Below are positions 12,501 through 26,500 of a stretch of 52,752 bases of DNA, piece by piece. Position numbers and translations under genes: made by a program. This DNA is from Octopus sinensis. Taxonomy: Eukaryota. Each line of letters begins with the position of its first letter. The first letter of the stretch is position 1. The stretch spans positions 1-52,752 of the forward strand of contig NW_021833980.1 of NCBI RefSeq assembly GCF_006345805.1. Direction: 5' to 3'. The notes beneath the pieces were generated by a model. That model had not been told where the DNA came from. It searched no databases and saw only the letters and a program-made list of their open reading frames with translations.

Positions 12501-15093
12501 GTGCCTAGAGTAGCAAAGAATATTAGATGGCTTCCAGTCCGCCATATCAGCTTTTTTCTCAGCTACAACTTTATGCTCTCTAACGCCTTTGCTTACCAAT
12601 ACACTACGTTTTCCTTAATATAATGGGACATAAAATCGTTATATTTAATACCGACACTCTGTATATCCATCCATCTACCATCTTCAACGCTCATTATTCC
12701 TGGGAGGGTCATGAGGACATCTGGTGCCTCAGGTACCTCCTGCATAGGGTACTATCAGAGGCAACTGCCAATACGCATACTGATTGCATTCTCAAGCATG
12801 ACCAAATGAGGCTATGGATATTTTCTAGCTATCACTTTTTGGTGGTCTAACTCTACATTCCCTGCTGTTTTTCATCATTTTAAAGAATCGATCTTGCGAT
12901 TTTGTCATGTGACATCCTAATCGCATGTCCGCATTACCGGAAATGTAGTGGCACAATACGGAAAAGTACCGACCTGATCTGGAGAGACTCCCTCATCTCC
13001 AAGGTACACACTGTGTCGAGTAAGCTACTCCAGTTTTTTCGGAGGAATCCCATTTCGTCGGCCGCTTCTCTGTTTGAGATCAGACTCTTTCAGTCGTTAG
13101 CCAATATTCATGACAACAGATGAGAATGGGCACGAAACCCAAACTGAAGATAGTGTGTTTGGCTTTGTTACCAAGTTGTCCTCTTCTGGGGATCGAATAC
13201 TGGAACATTTTTTTGTATCTCGGGAGGGTCATTAAGCCAATAAAAAACACACGTACTGGTTCTATTTCACTCATTCATTATTCGTCACTTTGTTAACAAT
13301 TTGTTAACGAATTAACTAAATGAATGTTTGATTAACCGTTTGGTTAACCTATCAACCAGTTATGGTTGTTAGCGACATTTTGTTGTGTGTGTGTGTGTGT
13401 GTGTGCTGTTGATGGTTGTGTGATACAGTTGAATCTATAAGTTCGTTGGAGAGAAGATGTGAATGTAAAGCGTGCGAATGGTAAAACGTTTATTCCTCAT
13501 ATCTTTATCTATAGTTTCCCTTTCATAAGACATTATATTGCAAGCTTCAGAGAATAACCCGGATTTTCTTAGTATTAATAATAAAAGAAAAGAAGAAACG
13601 AGAATTTTACTTACTTTGACATTGCGAATAATCCAGTATAGGTATTCGTTTCCCTGAGCCTTCCTGACACGTGCCAGAGACAGCAACAGTTCTGTTATAG
13701 ACTTTTTTAATATACTTAACGAAGGCTGGCAAGTGACATCCACACTTCATAAGGTTATTGTTTTCGAGGTAACTGTAATAATAAAGAGAACTCTGAATGC
13801 GTTTCAGATCAACAGAGAAATTCCTATGTGATTTGACAAGAAACAAAGATTATAAAATTTGAGCAGGTTTATAAACGCTATGGCATTCATTTTTTTAAGT
13901 GTTGTTAATAACATCAATATTGCGAAATGGTTTCTAGTAGAAAGTGGAAGCACTAAGGTTCTTTTCTCTTTTAGCTTAGATATTGAATAATAAAGTACCT
14001 TTAAATAAGATTACTAGCCACTTGAAACGATTCTATTTTATTGTAGTTTAGGGACATTTTAGTGTCGGGAATTTGGTGGTAGGGATCTTGCGCCGCTCTG
14101 TCTGAGAAAACTCGTTTAGATGGGCGGTTTTGGCGCTAAGAAGGTCGTGTTTATTCTATGTAGCAACTGGTTTTAAAACTAGAGACGTACCAGCGCAGAA
14201 ACTGAGAGATTACAGTGTTGTACATTTTATAGCTTCAGCGGTACAGACATGTATAGTAATACTCCTAATTAAGAAGGGGAAAATTAATATTCAATTTTGA
14301 TATATCAATTTGAATATTTTCAGTCAATAATAAATCTCTGATCGAGATGTAAACAGTAACCGCTCGACAACGTAAAGTATAATAGCCATCTCAATATGGC
14401 TAACCACTAAGGGTGGGTGTTACTATAGCTTTTAACCCCAGGAGATCATCGTCAACGCAGGGTATTCACCGGATTCCGATCGTAAACCGGTGATTACCGT
14501 GCGTTGACAAGAGGCAAATACCTCGAAACTGCGGTCCGTGCGTATCACTTAGGCTTATGAGAGAGGGATGACCTCCCTTTGCAAATACCATAAGGGCACA
14601 GATAGTGTGCCTAAAGCCAGCTGGAGACGATGATCTCCTGGGGTTACAAGCTACAGTAACACCCACCGTTAGTGGTTAGCCATATTGAGATGGATATTAT
14701 ACAATATTTTCAGTGTTTTTAAAAAAGAGCAACAGCAAGAACAACAGCAACAACATCAACAAAAATACAACAAAAACAACAACAACAACAAAAACAACAA
14801 AACAATAATAATAATAATTACACAACCATGACTATTTGAAGTGAGAAATAGAAGGTTGTTGACAATGAAGAGAGTAGAGGTGATACCAGTAGTAATTGGT
14901 ACATTTGGAAGTATTAGCACTCAACTCCCAGCATGACTGAAAACAATTGGTACAAGTGTGAAGGTAGAACACCTAAAAGAAATCAGTATTGCTTGGAACG
15001 CAAGAATTCTTCGTAGGGTTCTTGAAGTATAAACAGTAAACAAGTACACTTTCCATCAAACCCAGAAAAGTAAGCTGTGAGTTTTCATATGAT

Positions 15094-15126
<33 letters not shown>

Positions 15127-16141
15127 ATATGATGGTGATGATTATGATGGTGATGGTGATGATAATGATGATGATGATGATTATGATGGTGATGATTATG
15201 ATGATGATGGAGGTGATGATGATGATGATGATGTTGATGATGATGAGGAGGAGGAATACATTCTTTAAATGAGAATGCATGGACAGTTTGAAAAGAATAA
15301 ACAGGATGTTAAGGATAATACAGCATCGTGGGCATGGCTTGAGCGAAGTGATTTGAAGCGTACCACTGAAAGCCTGATCATTGTTGCATAAGACCAGGCT
15401 CTCGCTGCCTCATTGGTCTGTCTCATTCGCTGTGTATTGACCAAAACCAAATAATCCATTGATGAGGAGGTCATCCGATAATCCCTAAAGCCAAAAACCT
15501 CTCAGTTCAATTGTCTTATGTCTGAGTAGAAATTAGAGGGAAAATGAATAAAAGAAGGTTTAACCTTCTCATTTGACCATTCACATGCAATCATAGACAT
15601 CTTCATACACATTCAAGCATGAATATGGTAGTAGAAAGTAAAGTTAGAGTTACAGAGAGAGAGAGAGAGAGAGAGGGGGTATGAATGTAATCCATTCACA
15701 CCACTCTGTACTACAAACTGCAGTAGATTTATTAGAGAGGAGAAATGAGAAAATGATAATTGAAAATACAGATACCAAATAAAATTAGGTAGGATGTGGT
15801 TAGAGAATATATAAATGGCATACTAGATTTAGAGGATATTCTAGATATAGATGATATGCTATTGAATTATTGAATATGATTTTCAGAAGAGAATATTCTG
15901 AACCTTTTAGGAATTTTGCTACATCGTAATGCAATTCTATAATGTTCTGATAAATACAATTTTGAAATAGTCTGCTTGTATACCTCCCAACCTCTAATAC
16001 TGCGCAAACGTTGTTAGTTTTTTACTATTTGTCTCCCTTAAAAGGTTCTCCATTCCAAGCAGTGTGGTTAAGCTTTAATAGGGATAGGATCGTGTTAAAT
16101 TTCCCTCTCTTTCTTTACCTCTCCACACACACGTGTATATA

Positions 16142-16182
<41 letters not shown>

Positions 16183-17525
16183 TAACACAGAAGAATGGAG
16201 ATATCATACACATTGAATCAGATTGGCAAATCACAAAATCTTGCGATACAGTAATACTGCGTATTAATCGGCCCTTTAGTTACAGGGTGTTCTCTTTTCA
16301 TGTTCTGAGTTCAAAATTTGGAGGACGATTTTGCCTTTCATCTTTTTGGGGTCGATGAATTAAGTACCAGCCGAGCACTAGGGTGGATGTAATCGACAAG
16401 CCCCCAGCCACAAAATTGCAGGCCTTGTGCTTATCGTAGAAAGAATATTTTAGCCCCTTGATTACCAAATTACCAAATGGCTTCGTGGTAGAAAAACAGA
16501 GGCAAATACAGCAATCATCAGAAATATTTGAATGGAATTTTTGTGGTTCTTATTCCTTCTGATAACTCCGTTGTCATAAGGATATAATAAGTAATAACAA
16601 TATATATATATGTGTGTGTGTGTGTATGCTTATATATGCACATACGCATACACACACAGGAAAATTTATATATGTGTGCATGAAGGTTTGTATGTAGGCC
16701 ACTCTCTCGACTCCAGTTAATTATGAGTATTTATAAACATGGGGTAAACTAGATCAAACCAACCTTCTGATATTTGAACATAATCTTTTCGATAATAAAA
16801 CACAGTGCTCGGAAATCATGTTGATCCACTGAAATTTAAATCAACTCATTGTTGTTTATTACCAACAACATTTAACGAGGAATTGAGAATTTTATGACCT
16901 CATTTTTATTTTTTTCATTTTCCTATAACCCAAAAAACTGTTTTGCTTACATTTTAACTATGCTGGGAAGAATAAGAAGCGCCATCTTCATATTTTTCTA
17001 TTGGGTTGCTGTTCAAATATCTGAAAAAGAGACAAATATTACACACTTTAAAATAAGTAAAATTAAATAAATCTGTTTACTCTTGTTCATTTCTAAATTG
17101 CTTTTTAGTCAACACTAACAGGGTAAATGCTGATATTACACACTACAATTGTTTATTCCTCTTTATATTTCTATGGGAAGTGTTGTTTGAACAAGAATAG
17201 GTTCCTTCAATCTAACTTAATTATCCTAACAGAAAACCTGATAACAAAACAGCAAAAGATGGAAGGGAATAAAATACAAAAATAAAAAAAAATAACAAGG
17301 AGACTTTCTTATGTGCACAATATGGGTTTTAGTCAACATTCTCATCTATGGTAGAAATATCTTCCTCCATACAGGCAAGGTTCTGTGGCAGGAAAATTAC
17401 ATCTCACATCCATGGATTCTTTAGTCCAACTGTGTGGCACCTTGGACAAATAACATTAACTATAACCTTGGGTCAACTAAGCGTTGTGAGTAAATTTGCT
17501 GCAGGAAACTGTGTGGATTCCCTTC

Positions 17526-17592
<67 letters not shown>

Positions 17593-19794
17593 ATATATTA
17601 TATATATATATGCGAGTGCTTGATAACCAATATTGGTTTGTTTACGTCCCCCGTAACTTAGTGATTCCTCAAAAGGTATCCGACTGATTAAGTGCCAGAT
17701 TTTAAAAATTCAGTACTAAGGATGATTTGTTCGAGTAAACGCTTGAAGGTAGTACTCCAGCATGGCCGCAATCTGATAACTGAAACAAGGAATAGTAAAA
17801 GTACATACTCCAGTAGCAGTGTAATGATAAAAAAGGTTTTCAAAACAATAAAATAATAATTATTGCAATAACATTGACCATCTTCAGACCAGTGCATAAC
17901 TATCAGAATCCTATTCAAAGTTCATAAAACAATGGTCACCTTTTGGTAGAAGATAAATACTGGGTACCTATAAATTGACTTTACAATTTGAACACTTCAG
18001 AAGACAATGAAGAACAAGGATAACTCATCAAACTTTATTGGAAATCTTTGGCAAACAAATATCAGAAGCATTAGAACACTTCGACGTGGATTTAATTGTT
18101 ACCAATTCTACGTCGCTAAAAGCCACACTTCTTTTTTGTCGGTTGAATTTTATAACGGGATTTTTACTAAAAGAGTCTTCCCCATGAAGACGTTCTTTTA
18201 AATTTGATTAATCTACACATTTCCTTTGGAAATAACTGAGATATTTTGATTCAAAGTCACTTTTTTGCCTTACGCTGCCATTTTTTACCTCGAAAACTTT
18301 GAAATAAATATTTTAAAGAATCAATTTCCAATTATTTTAGCTCGAAATGTAGCTTACATCTCGATCATCATTGCCAAAACGATGCAATTAATTAGGTTGA
18401 GAGCTGAATTACTAATTAAATCATGTAATAGGAGTGGAAGAGCTGCACTCTGTTGTTCACAGTCTCTAAGTGAAGTTCAGTAACAAGGACGGGGAGTCAA
18501 ATGTTGGGGTGCCAGGTGGGATAATCTATAGTCACCTTGATACTTTGGTGGATGGAGTTGGCTACTTGCTGGATGCTCTCCATTATGTTCCTCTCAGTTT
18601 CTACATTACCGTTACTAGAGCTGGTCTTAACTGTGATATTAATGCCATCTATATACCTACAGTAAATTAGAAGAGTTGTGGACTGTTTTGCCAAGGATTG
18701 CTTAGGTTTTCTGATCCACCAGGTCATGAAGAGGCCGGCAATATCTCCAGATACACCGACACAAATGGCCGCACCTTGAACTTACATGTATAGTTTCAAG
18801 CATTTGTCTTATGAAGGAAGGCCGAAGACGCACGACCTTTGTTCTCTCGAAAAACGACGACGCCGTGGTGATCTCATTCTTGGTCCCTACATCATAAGCG
18901 GAAAGTGTATCCTCTCGAAAGAGCTGTTCTTCACTCCTGCTCCAGAGCGTCGGCTGCAGGGTCACTCCGAAAAGCTCTATCTACGACGATTTCATCTCAA
19001 TCGAAGGAGAGGGGCTATCTCCGTCCGGGTTGCGGATCCGTGGAATAAGCTGCCGGACGAGATAGTGAAGATGCCGACGACCGCTCGGTTCAAAGTCTCT
19101 CTTGACCAGAAATAGCCTGAACTCTTTGTATGACCACCCTCCCTGTACATAACGCCCTGTCCCCCTACATGGCCTTGCTTTTGCTTTTTGAGACAAAAAA
19201 TTAAACTAAACTAAACTAGTGATACTTTAGTCTGTGGTTCTTCAAGGTGGTTCTTACGCTAGCTCCTACTGCCTGTGCAATCATTCCTTTCTCCTAATTG
19301 TTGTTCTCAGGGAGTTGGGTGGGTAGGGTCAAGCCACACCAGCGCTCAGTGGTGCATTTATTTACTGCTGAAGTGATGGTGGGTGGTCTAAGAATCTGTG
19401 ATCTGGCGGGGTAGAATATATAGTCTAAGAACGAGACACGGATCACGCGTGTTGACATCACAGAACTACACTTCACATTTCACAGACAATCTCATTACAT
19501 TATACTCCAGCAAAATCGATGTCAATAGATGGGTAGAGGGAAGCAAGTCCTTAGTGTCCACTACACAACATGTGAAGAACTTGGAGTGACCAAAAATACT
19601 CATTTTATTGAGGATGTCCTCAGTGCTAACAGAAGAAGAAGAAGAAGAAGAAGAAGAAGAAGAAAAAGAAGAAGAAGAAGAAGAAGAAGAAGAAAAAGAA
19701 GAAGAAGAAGAAGGAGAAGAAGAAGAAGAAGGAGAAGAAGAAGAAGAAGAAGAAAAAGAAGAAGGAGAATAAGGAGGAGAAGAAGAAGGAGAAG

Positions 19795-19826
<32 letters not shown>

Positions 19827-20561
19827 GAAGAAGAAGGAGAATAAGGAGAAGAAGAAGAAGAAGAAGAAGAAGAAGAAGAAGAAGAAGAAGGAGAAGAAGG
19901 AGAAGAAAAAGAAGAAGAAAGAAGAAGAAGAAGAAGAAGAAGAAGAAGAAGGAGAAGAAGAAGAAGAAGAAAAAGAAGAAGAAGAAGAAGAAGAAGAAGA
20001 AAAAGAAGAAGTAGAAAAAGAAGAAGGAGAAGAAGAAGAAGGAGAAGAAGAAGGAGAAGAAGAAGAATAACGGCAATGCGGATAAATAACTGCCAGTCGT
20101 TGTCATGTCCAAACACATTCAAATAGATATATCATGAATAGAGTCCAGTAGTTGATTCGTCGATATATTAAGGAAATGCGAAAAAATGTCATCGTTCAGA
20201 AGATATATGAAGCAGGAAGAAACGTTGCTTAGTTTGAATAATGTTCATTATGTGAAGAAAGAATTTATATGGAAATATAACGAATAAGGGAAGAAGAAGA
20301 ACAAGAAGAAGAAGAAGAAGAAGAATAGAAGAAGAAGAAGAAGAAGAAGAAGAAGGAGGAGGAGGAGGAGACGAAGAATAAGAAGAAGAAGAAGAAGAAG
20401 AAGGAGAAAAGAAGAAGAATGAGGAGAAGGAGAAAAAGGAGGAGGAGAAGGAGAAAAAGAAGAAGAAGAAGAAGAAAAACAAGAAGAAGAAGAGGGGGAT
20501 TTAGGAAGAAGAAGAAGAAGAAGGAGAAGAAGAAGGAGAGGGATAATAATAATAATAATAA

Positions 20562-20592
<31 letters not shown>

Positions 20593-23500
20593 AAGAAGAA
20601 GAAGAAGAAGAAGAAGAAGAAGAAGAAGAAGAAGAAGAAGAAGAAGAACAAAAACTTCAACAACAATAACAAAAACATTATCTCGGTGGAATTGTGGATA
20701 AATAACCACACGGCACCACAGAATCAACAGAACAATGTGAAATAAAATAGTAGCTAAAACTTATATTAATAGTGCAGATACAGACATACATATGAACATA
20801 CACATATATTTTCAGGAATAACATTTTTATGCAGACAATTATCAACTGACAGTCATTGACATGTTCAGACTCAATCAAATAAATATAACACGAATATGAG
20901 AACTGAATATGATTTACAGTAATAGAGAGTGAGAAAACATGGAAATAAGGGGATATTAAATTTAAAGACATAGTATATTCCTCATGTATAAACGACAACA
21001 TTGAAAGAACTTACAATTCCTCTAAGCTGTGAAGGCCTTGAAACATCTCCTTTTCAATCCTTGAAATTTTATTGTTGCCAAGGTTTCTGAAGCAGGAAAC
21101 AATATTGGTTAGATTGACATAGTGTGAATTGCGATAACATATTCAATATTGTTCTTTATGAAAAGGGAAAAAATATAGGAAAATAACACAAGAAGAAGAG
21201 GAACAGGAAAGAGATTGAGAAGAAGAAGAAGCCAAAGAAGAAGGGGAGGTGGGGAAGGGGAAACGGAGAAGACAAGGAGGAAGTGGAGGGGGAGAAGAAG
21301 TAGAAGAAGGAGGAGTTGGAGGAGGAGGAACGAAGGAGAGGAAAATGGCTGAGGACGGAGTAGGACAAGGAGATGAAGGAGGGGTGGGGGAAATAGGAGG
21401 AGGAGCAGAGGGTAGAGTAGAAGAAAAAGATGTAAATTATTAAAAAGAGGAGGAGGGTGAGGAGACGAAGAAGAATAGGCAAAAGAGAAGAAAAAGAAGA
21501 AGAAGAGGAAAAAGAAGAAGAAGAAGAAAGCGATGAAGAAGGAGGAGGAAGAGGAGAAGGAGGGAGAGAATTACAAAAAAGAAGATGAGAAAAAAAAGAA
21601 GAAGGAGGAGAAGGAGGAGAAGTAGAAGAAAGTAGAAGTAGGAGTGGAAGAAAAAGAGGAAGAAGAAAGAGGATAAGGAGGGGGAGGGGAAAGTAAGAAT
21701 TACAAGAAGGAGGAGGAGGAGGAGAAGAAGAAGAAGAAGAAGAAGAAGAAGAAGCAGAAGAAGAAAAAGGAGGAGGAGTAGAGGTAGAAGAAGAGGAAGA
21801 AGAACAGGAAGCTGTAGAAGAAAGAGAAGACGGAAGAAGAGGCAAGAGGTGGAGGAGGAGGATGAAGGGGAAGAAGAAGTTAGAGAAAAGAAAAAAAGAA
21901 GAAGAAGGAGGAGGAGAATAACAAAATGAAACTATGAAGAAGAAAGAGCCGAAAGAGGAGAAGTAGATGAAGAAATAGAAAGTAGAATAAGAAGAAGTAG
22001 AAGAAAAAGAAAAATAAGGAGGAAGATGAGGAGGAGAAGTACAAGAAGAAGAAGAAGAAGAAGAAGAAGAAGAAGAAGAAGGAGAAGAAGAAGAAGAAGG
22101 AGAAGAAGAAGGAGGAGGAGGAGGAGGAGGAGGAGGAGGAGAAGAAGTAGAAGTAGAAGTAGAAAGAAAGAAAAAGAAGAAGAAAAGAAGACGAAGAAGA
22201 AGAAGAAGGAAAAGGAGGAGGATGAAGGGGAAGAAGAAGAGAAAGGAGGAGGATGAGAAGAATATGAAGAAGTAGAAAGTGTAGAAGAGGTAGAAGACGA
22301 AGAAAAAAAGAAGTGGTAGAAAGAGAAGAAGAAAAGGAAAATGATGGAGGAAGACGGGGAACAGAAGTAGAAGAAGAAGACGAAGAAGGAGAAGAAGAAG
22401 GAGAATAAGAATAAGAATTAGAAGAAGAAGAAGAAAAAGGAGCAAGAGAGGAGAGGGGTGGAGATGGACGAGAATTACAAGAAGAAAAAGGAGGGGTGGG
22501 GTGGTGAGAGGAGGAAGTGAATTACAAGAAGTAAATGTAGATGAAGAAGAAGAGAATAAAATTAGAAGAAGAAAAGAAAGAGGAGGAGGTGGAGGAGGAG
22601 AAGAAGAAGAATAGTTTAAAAGAAGGAGAAGAAGAAGAAATTGAAGAAGAGAAGAAAAAGAAGGAGGAGGATGATGAGCAGGAGGTGAGGCGGAGGAAGG
22701 AGAAGACGAAGAAGAAGAAGAAGAAGAAGAAGAAGAAGAAGAATAGTTTAAAAGAAGAAGGAGAAGAAGAAGAAAATGAAGAAGAAGAGAAGAAAGTAAG
22801 GATAGGAGGAGGCATGAGGTTGGCTAAGGAATAAGAAGAAGGAAGACTAAGACTAAGAATATAAGAAGAAGACGACGACGACGAAGAATAAGAATAATAA
22901 GAAGAAGAGTATAAGGAAGAATAAAGAATAGAAAAGAAGAAAAGAAGAAAAAGACGAAGACGAAGAAGAAGAAAGGAAGAAGAAGAAGGGGAGTAGAAGA
23001 AAAGAAGAAGAAGAAGAAGAAAGAAGTTATATTGAAAATCATGGTGTTGAAGACGAAACTGAAATTGTTCTTAAAATATCAGGAAATAATTCAAGGATAG
23101 ATCGATAAATTTTGGGCGAGAAGACATGGCTGAAAAATCATGGAATATACGGAATCAGAAATCAACATATTCAAATGCACTCATACGCATTCTTATATTC
23201 ATAGTATCAACGACGGAATGCGGTATGCACACTCACATCACACATATTCCCACTCACCCTTGTGGAAATATGGTGAGAGAGATTATTTCATATCGCTTCA
23301 TTGTCAGAAGAATATTAGAAAACACACGCTTACAAGAAATATATCAGCAGTTTAATTGTATCAGGCCAAATATTCCAGCTTACATGTACAGTAAGTATTT
23401 CAGGTTTACAGATAGAATGTATGTGACTATATTATTCGAATATATATTTTTCGCTTCCAATTTAGTTGCTCTATTACATAAATAACGTGAAGTGAATGAC

Positions 23501-26500
23501 AAAATTCGAAGTTGAATGATAATATCGAAACATGAAGGAGAATATTGAAATAGGAAATGGAGGAGGATGTAAAATATAAAATAAAGGAATAATATATTCA
23601 CATTTCACACAGAACTACACTTATATATGAACATACACAAATACTTCAGCTAAAAATATTTGATGCAAACATGTAAACTCACAAACGTTACCATTTCTAA
23701 TACAAATTCATATCAAAATCATTGAAATTGGGGAACAAAATGAGTTATTTAGATGCGAATTGAAACGAAGCAAGTACAAGAAAGGAACATTATATTTTTC
23801 CTATTATTTCACATTTTCTCTCAAATTCTCTCTCTTTCTTTCACATTGTCTCGCTCTCTCATATTCTTCTTTGTATATTCCTAAATCGTGTTGATTCTAC
23901 AAATTCGAATTGATTTTGTTTGGTGGAGTCTGAAATTTTATACATTTGTGAGCTTATATATCAGCATCAATTATTACATTCGGAAAATAATATCAAGAAA
24001 CTGAAGAACTTACAATTCTGTTAAATTGCAAAGCCCCGTGAATACACCTTCTTTGATGGTTGCAATGTTGTTGGAACCAATATTTCTATAGCAGTAAAGA
24101 AAGAGTAAAATAGATTATATGGAAAATATTTGTGATACGACATCAAACACTGTGACTTCAGAATGAAAGGAAGAAAAAGAAGAAATATAACGAAGAAGAA
24201 AAAGAAGAAGAAGGAGAAGAAGAAGAAAAGAAGAAGAAGAAAAGAGAAGGTAGATGAAGAGAAGAAGAAGAATAAAAAGAAGAATAAGGAGGAGGAAGAG
24301 GAGAAGAAGAAGAAGAAGAAGAAGTAGAAGAAAACGTAGAAGAAGAAAGGAGAAGATAAAGGAGTAGAAGACCTAGAAGAAGAAAAAGAAGAAGAGGAGG
24401 CGGAGGAGGCGGAGGAGGCGGAGGAGGCGGAGGAGGCGGAGGAGGAGGAGAGGTGGGGATGTTAGGAGGAGGACAAAGGAATGGATGACTGAGGAGGGGC
24501 AGCTGGGGATAGCAGCAGAAGGAGCAGGAAGAGCAGGAGGATGAGAATAAGAGGAAGAATTGGCAGAGAATGGAAAAGAGGGAGACCATTGAAGAAGCAG
24601 AAAGTACAGAGAAGAAAAAGAAGAAGAAGAAAAGAAGGCAAAGAAGAAGACAAAGAAGAAGTAGAACAGGAAGAAAAGTAACAAGAAGAAGAAGAAGATG
24701 AAGTAGAAGAAGAATAAGAGGAAGAAGAAGAAGAAGAAGACGACGAAGAAGAAGAGGAACATGCAGGAGATGAAGAAGGAAAGAAGAAGACGAAGAAGAT
24801 GAAGAAGAAAAATAGAAGAAGAGAAAGAAGAAATTAAAGAAAAAGGAGGATGAGTAGGACGAAGAGGGGAGGTTGAGGAGAAGAATTGCAATAAGAAGAA
24901 GAAGAAGAAAAAGGAGAAGGAGGTGGAGGAGGAGGGGGAATAGGAGAATTACAAGAAGAAGAACAAAACAACAACAATAACAAAAAAATTATCTCGGTGG
25001 AAGTGTGGATAAATAACCACACGGCACCACAGAATCAACAGAACAATGTGAAATAAAATAGTAGCTAAAACTTATATTAATAGTGCAGATACATACATAC
25101 ATATGAACATACACATATATATTTTCAGGAATAACATTTTTATGCAGACAATTATCAACTGACAGTCATTGACATGTTCAGACTCAATCAAATAAATATA
25201 AGACGAATATGAGAACTGAATATGATTTACAGTAATAGAGAGTGAGAAAACATGGAAATAAGGGGATATTAAATTTAAAGACATAGTATATTCCTCATGT
25301 ATAAACGACAACATTGAATGAACTTACAATATCTCTAAGTTGTGAAGGCCTTGAAACATCTCTTTTTCAATCCTTGAAATTTTATTGAAGGAAAGAGATC
25401 TGAAGCAGGAAACAATATTGGTTAGATTGACATAGTGTGAGTTGCGATAACATATTCAATATTGTTCTTTATGAAGAGGGACAAAATTATAGGAAAATAA
25501 TACAAGAAGAAGGGGAACAGGAAAGAGATTGAGGAGAAGAAGAAGACAAAGACGAAGGGGAGGAGCGGAAGGGGAAACGGAGAAGACGAGGAGGAAAAGG
25601 AGGGGGGGAGAAGAAATAGAAGTAGGAGTTCGAGGAGGAGGTGGGGAGGAGAAGAAAAAGCTTGAGGTCGGAAGAGGACAAGGAGATGCAGGAGGGGTGG
25701 GGGAAATAGGAGGAGGAGCAGAGGGTAGAGTAGAAGAAAAAGATGTAAATTATTAAAAAGAGGAGGAGGAGGATGAGGAGACGAAGAAGAATAGGTAAAA
25801 GAAAAAGAAGAAGAAGAGGAAAAAGAAAAAGAAGTAGAAGAAGGCGATGAAGAAGGAAGAGGAAGAGGAGAAGGAGGGAGAGAATTACAAAAAAGAAGAT
25901 GAGGATAAAAAGAACGAGAAGGAGAAGGAGGAGAAGTAGAAGAAAGTAGAAGTGGGTTAGGAAGAAAAACAAGAAGAAGAAGGAGAAGTAGAAGAAGAAT
26001 AAATGAAGTAGAAGAAAGAGAAGTTGAAGAAAAAGAAAAATAAATAGGAAGATGAGGAGGAGAAGTAGAAGAAGAACAACAACAACAATAACAAAAAATT
26101 TATCCTGGTGGAAGTGTGGATAAATAACCACACGGCACCACAGAATCAAGAGAACAATGTGTAAGAAAATAGTAGCTAAAACTTGTATTAATAGTGCAGA
26201 TACATACATACATATGAACATACACATATATATTTTCAGGAATAACATTTTGATGCAGACAATTATCAACTGACAGTCATTGACATGTTCAGACTCAATC
26301 AAATAAATATAAGACGAATATGAGAACTGAATATGATTTACAGTAATAGAGAGTGAGAAAACATGGAAATAAGGGGATATTAAATTTAAAGACATAGTAT
26401 ATTCCTCATGTATAAACGACAACATTGAAAGAACAATTTCTCTAAGTTGTGAAGGCCTTGAAACATCTCTTTTTCAATCCTTGAAATCTTATTGTTGCGA

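Noticed and set aside
18358-18429. GTAAGC donor-like site with open frame upstream
   Set aside because: No AG at the expected position and no LRR consensus.
23040-23130. ttttcag acceptor-like site in every B block
   Set aside because: No matching donor, non-LRR translation, and stops vary between copies.
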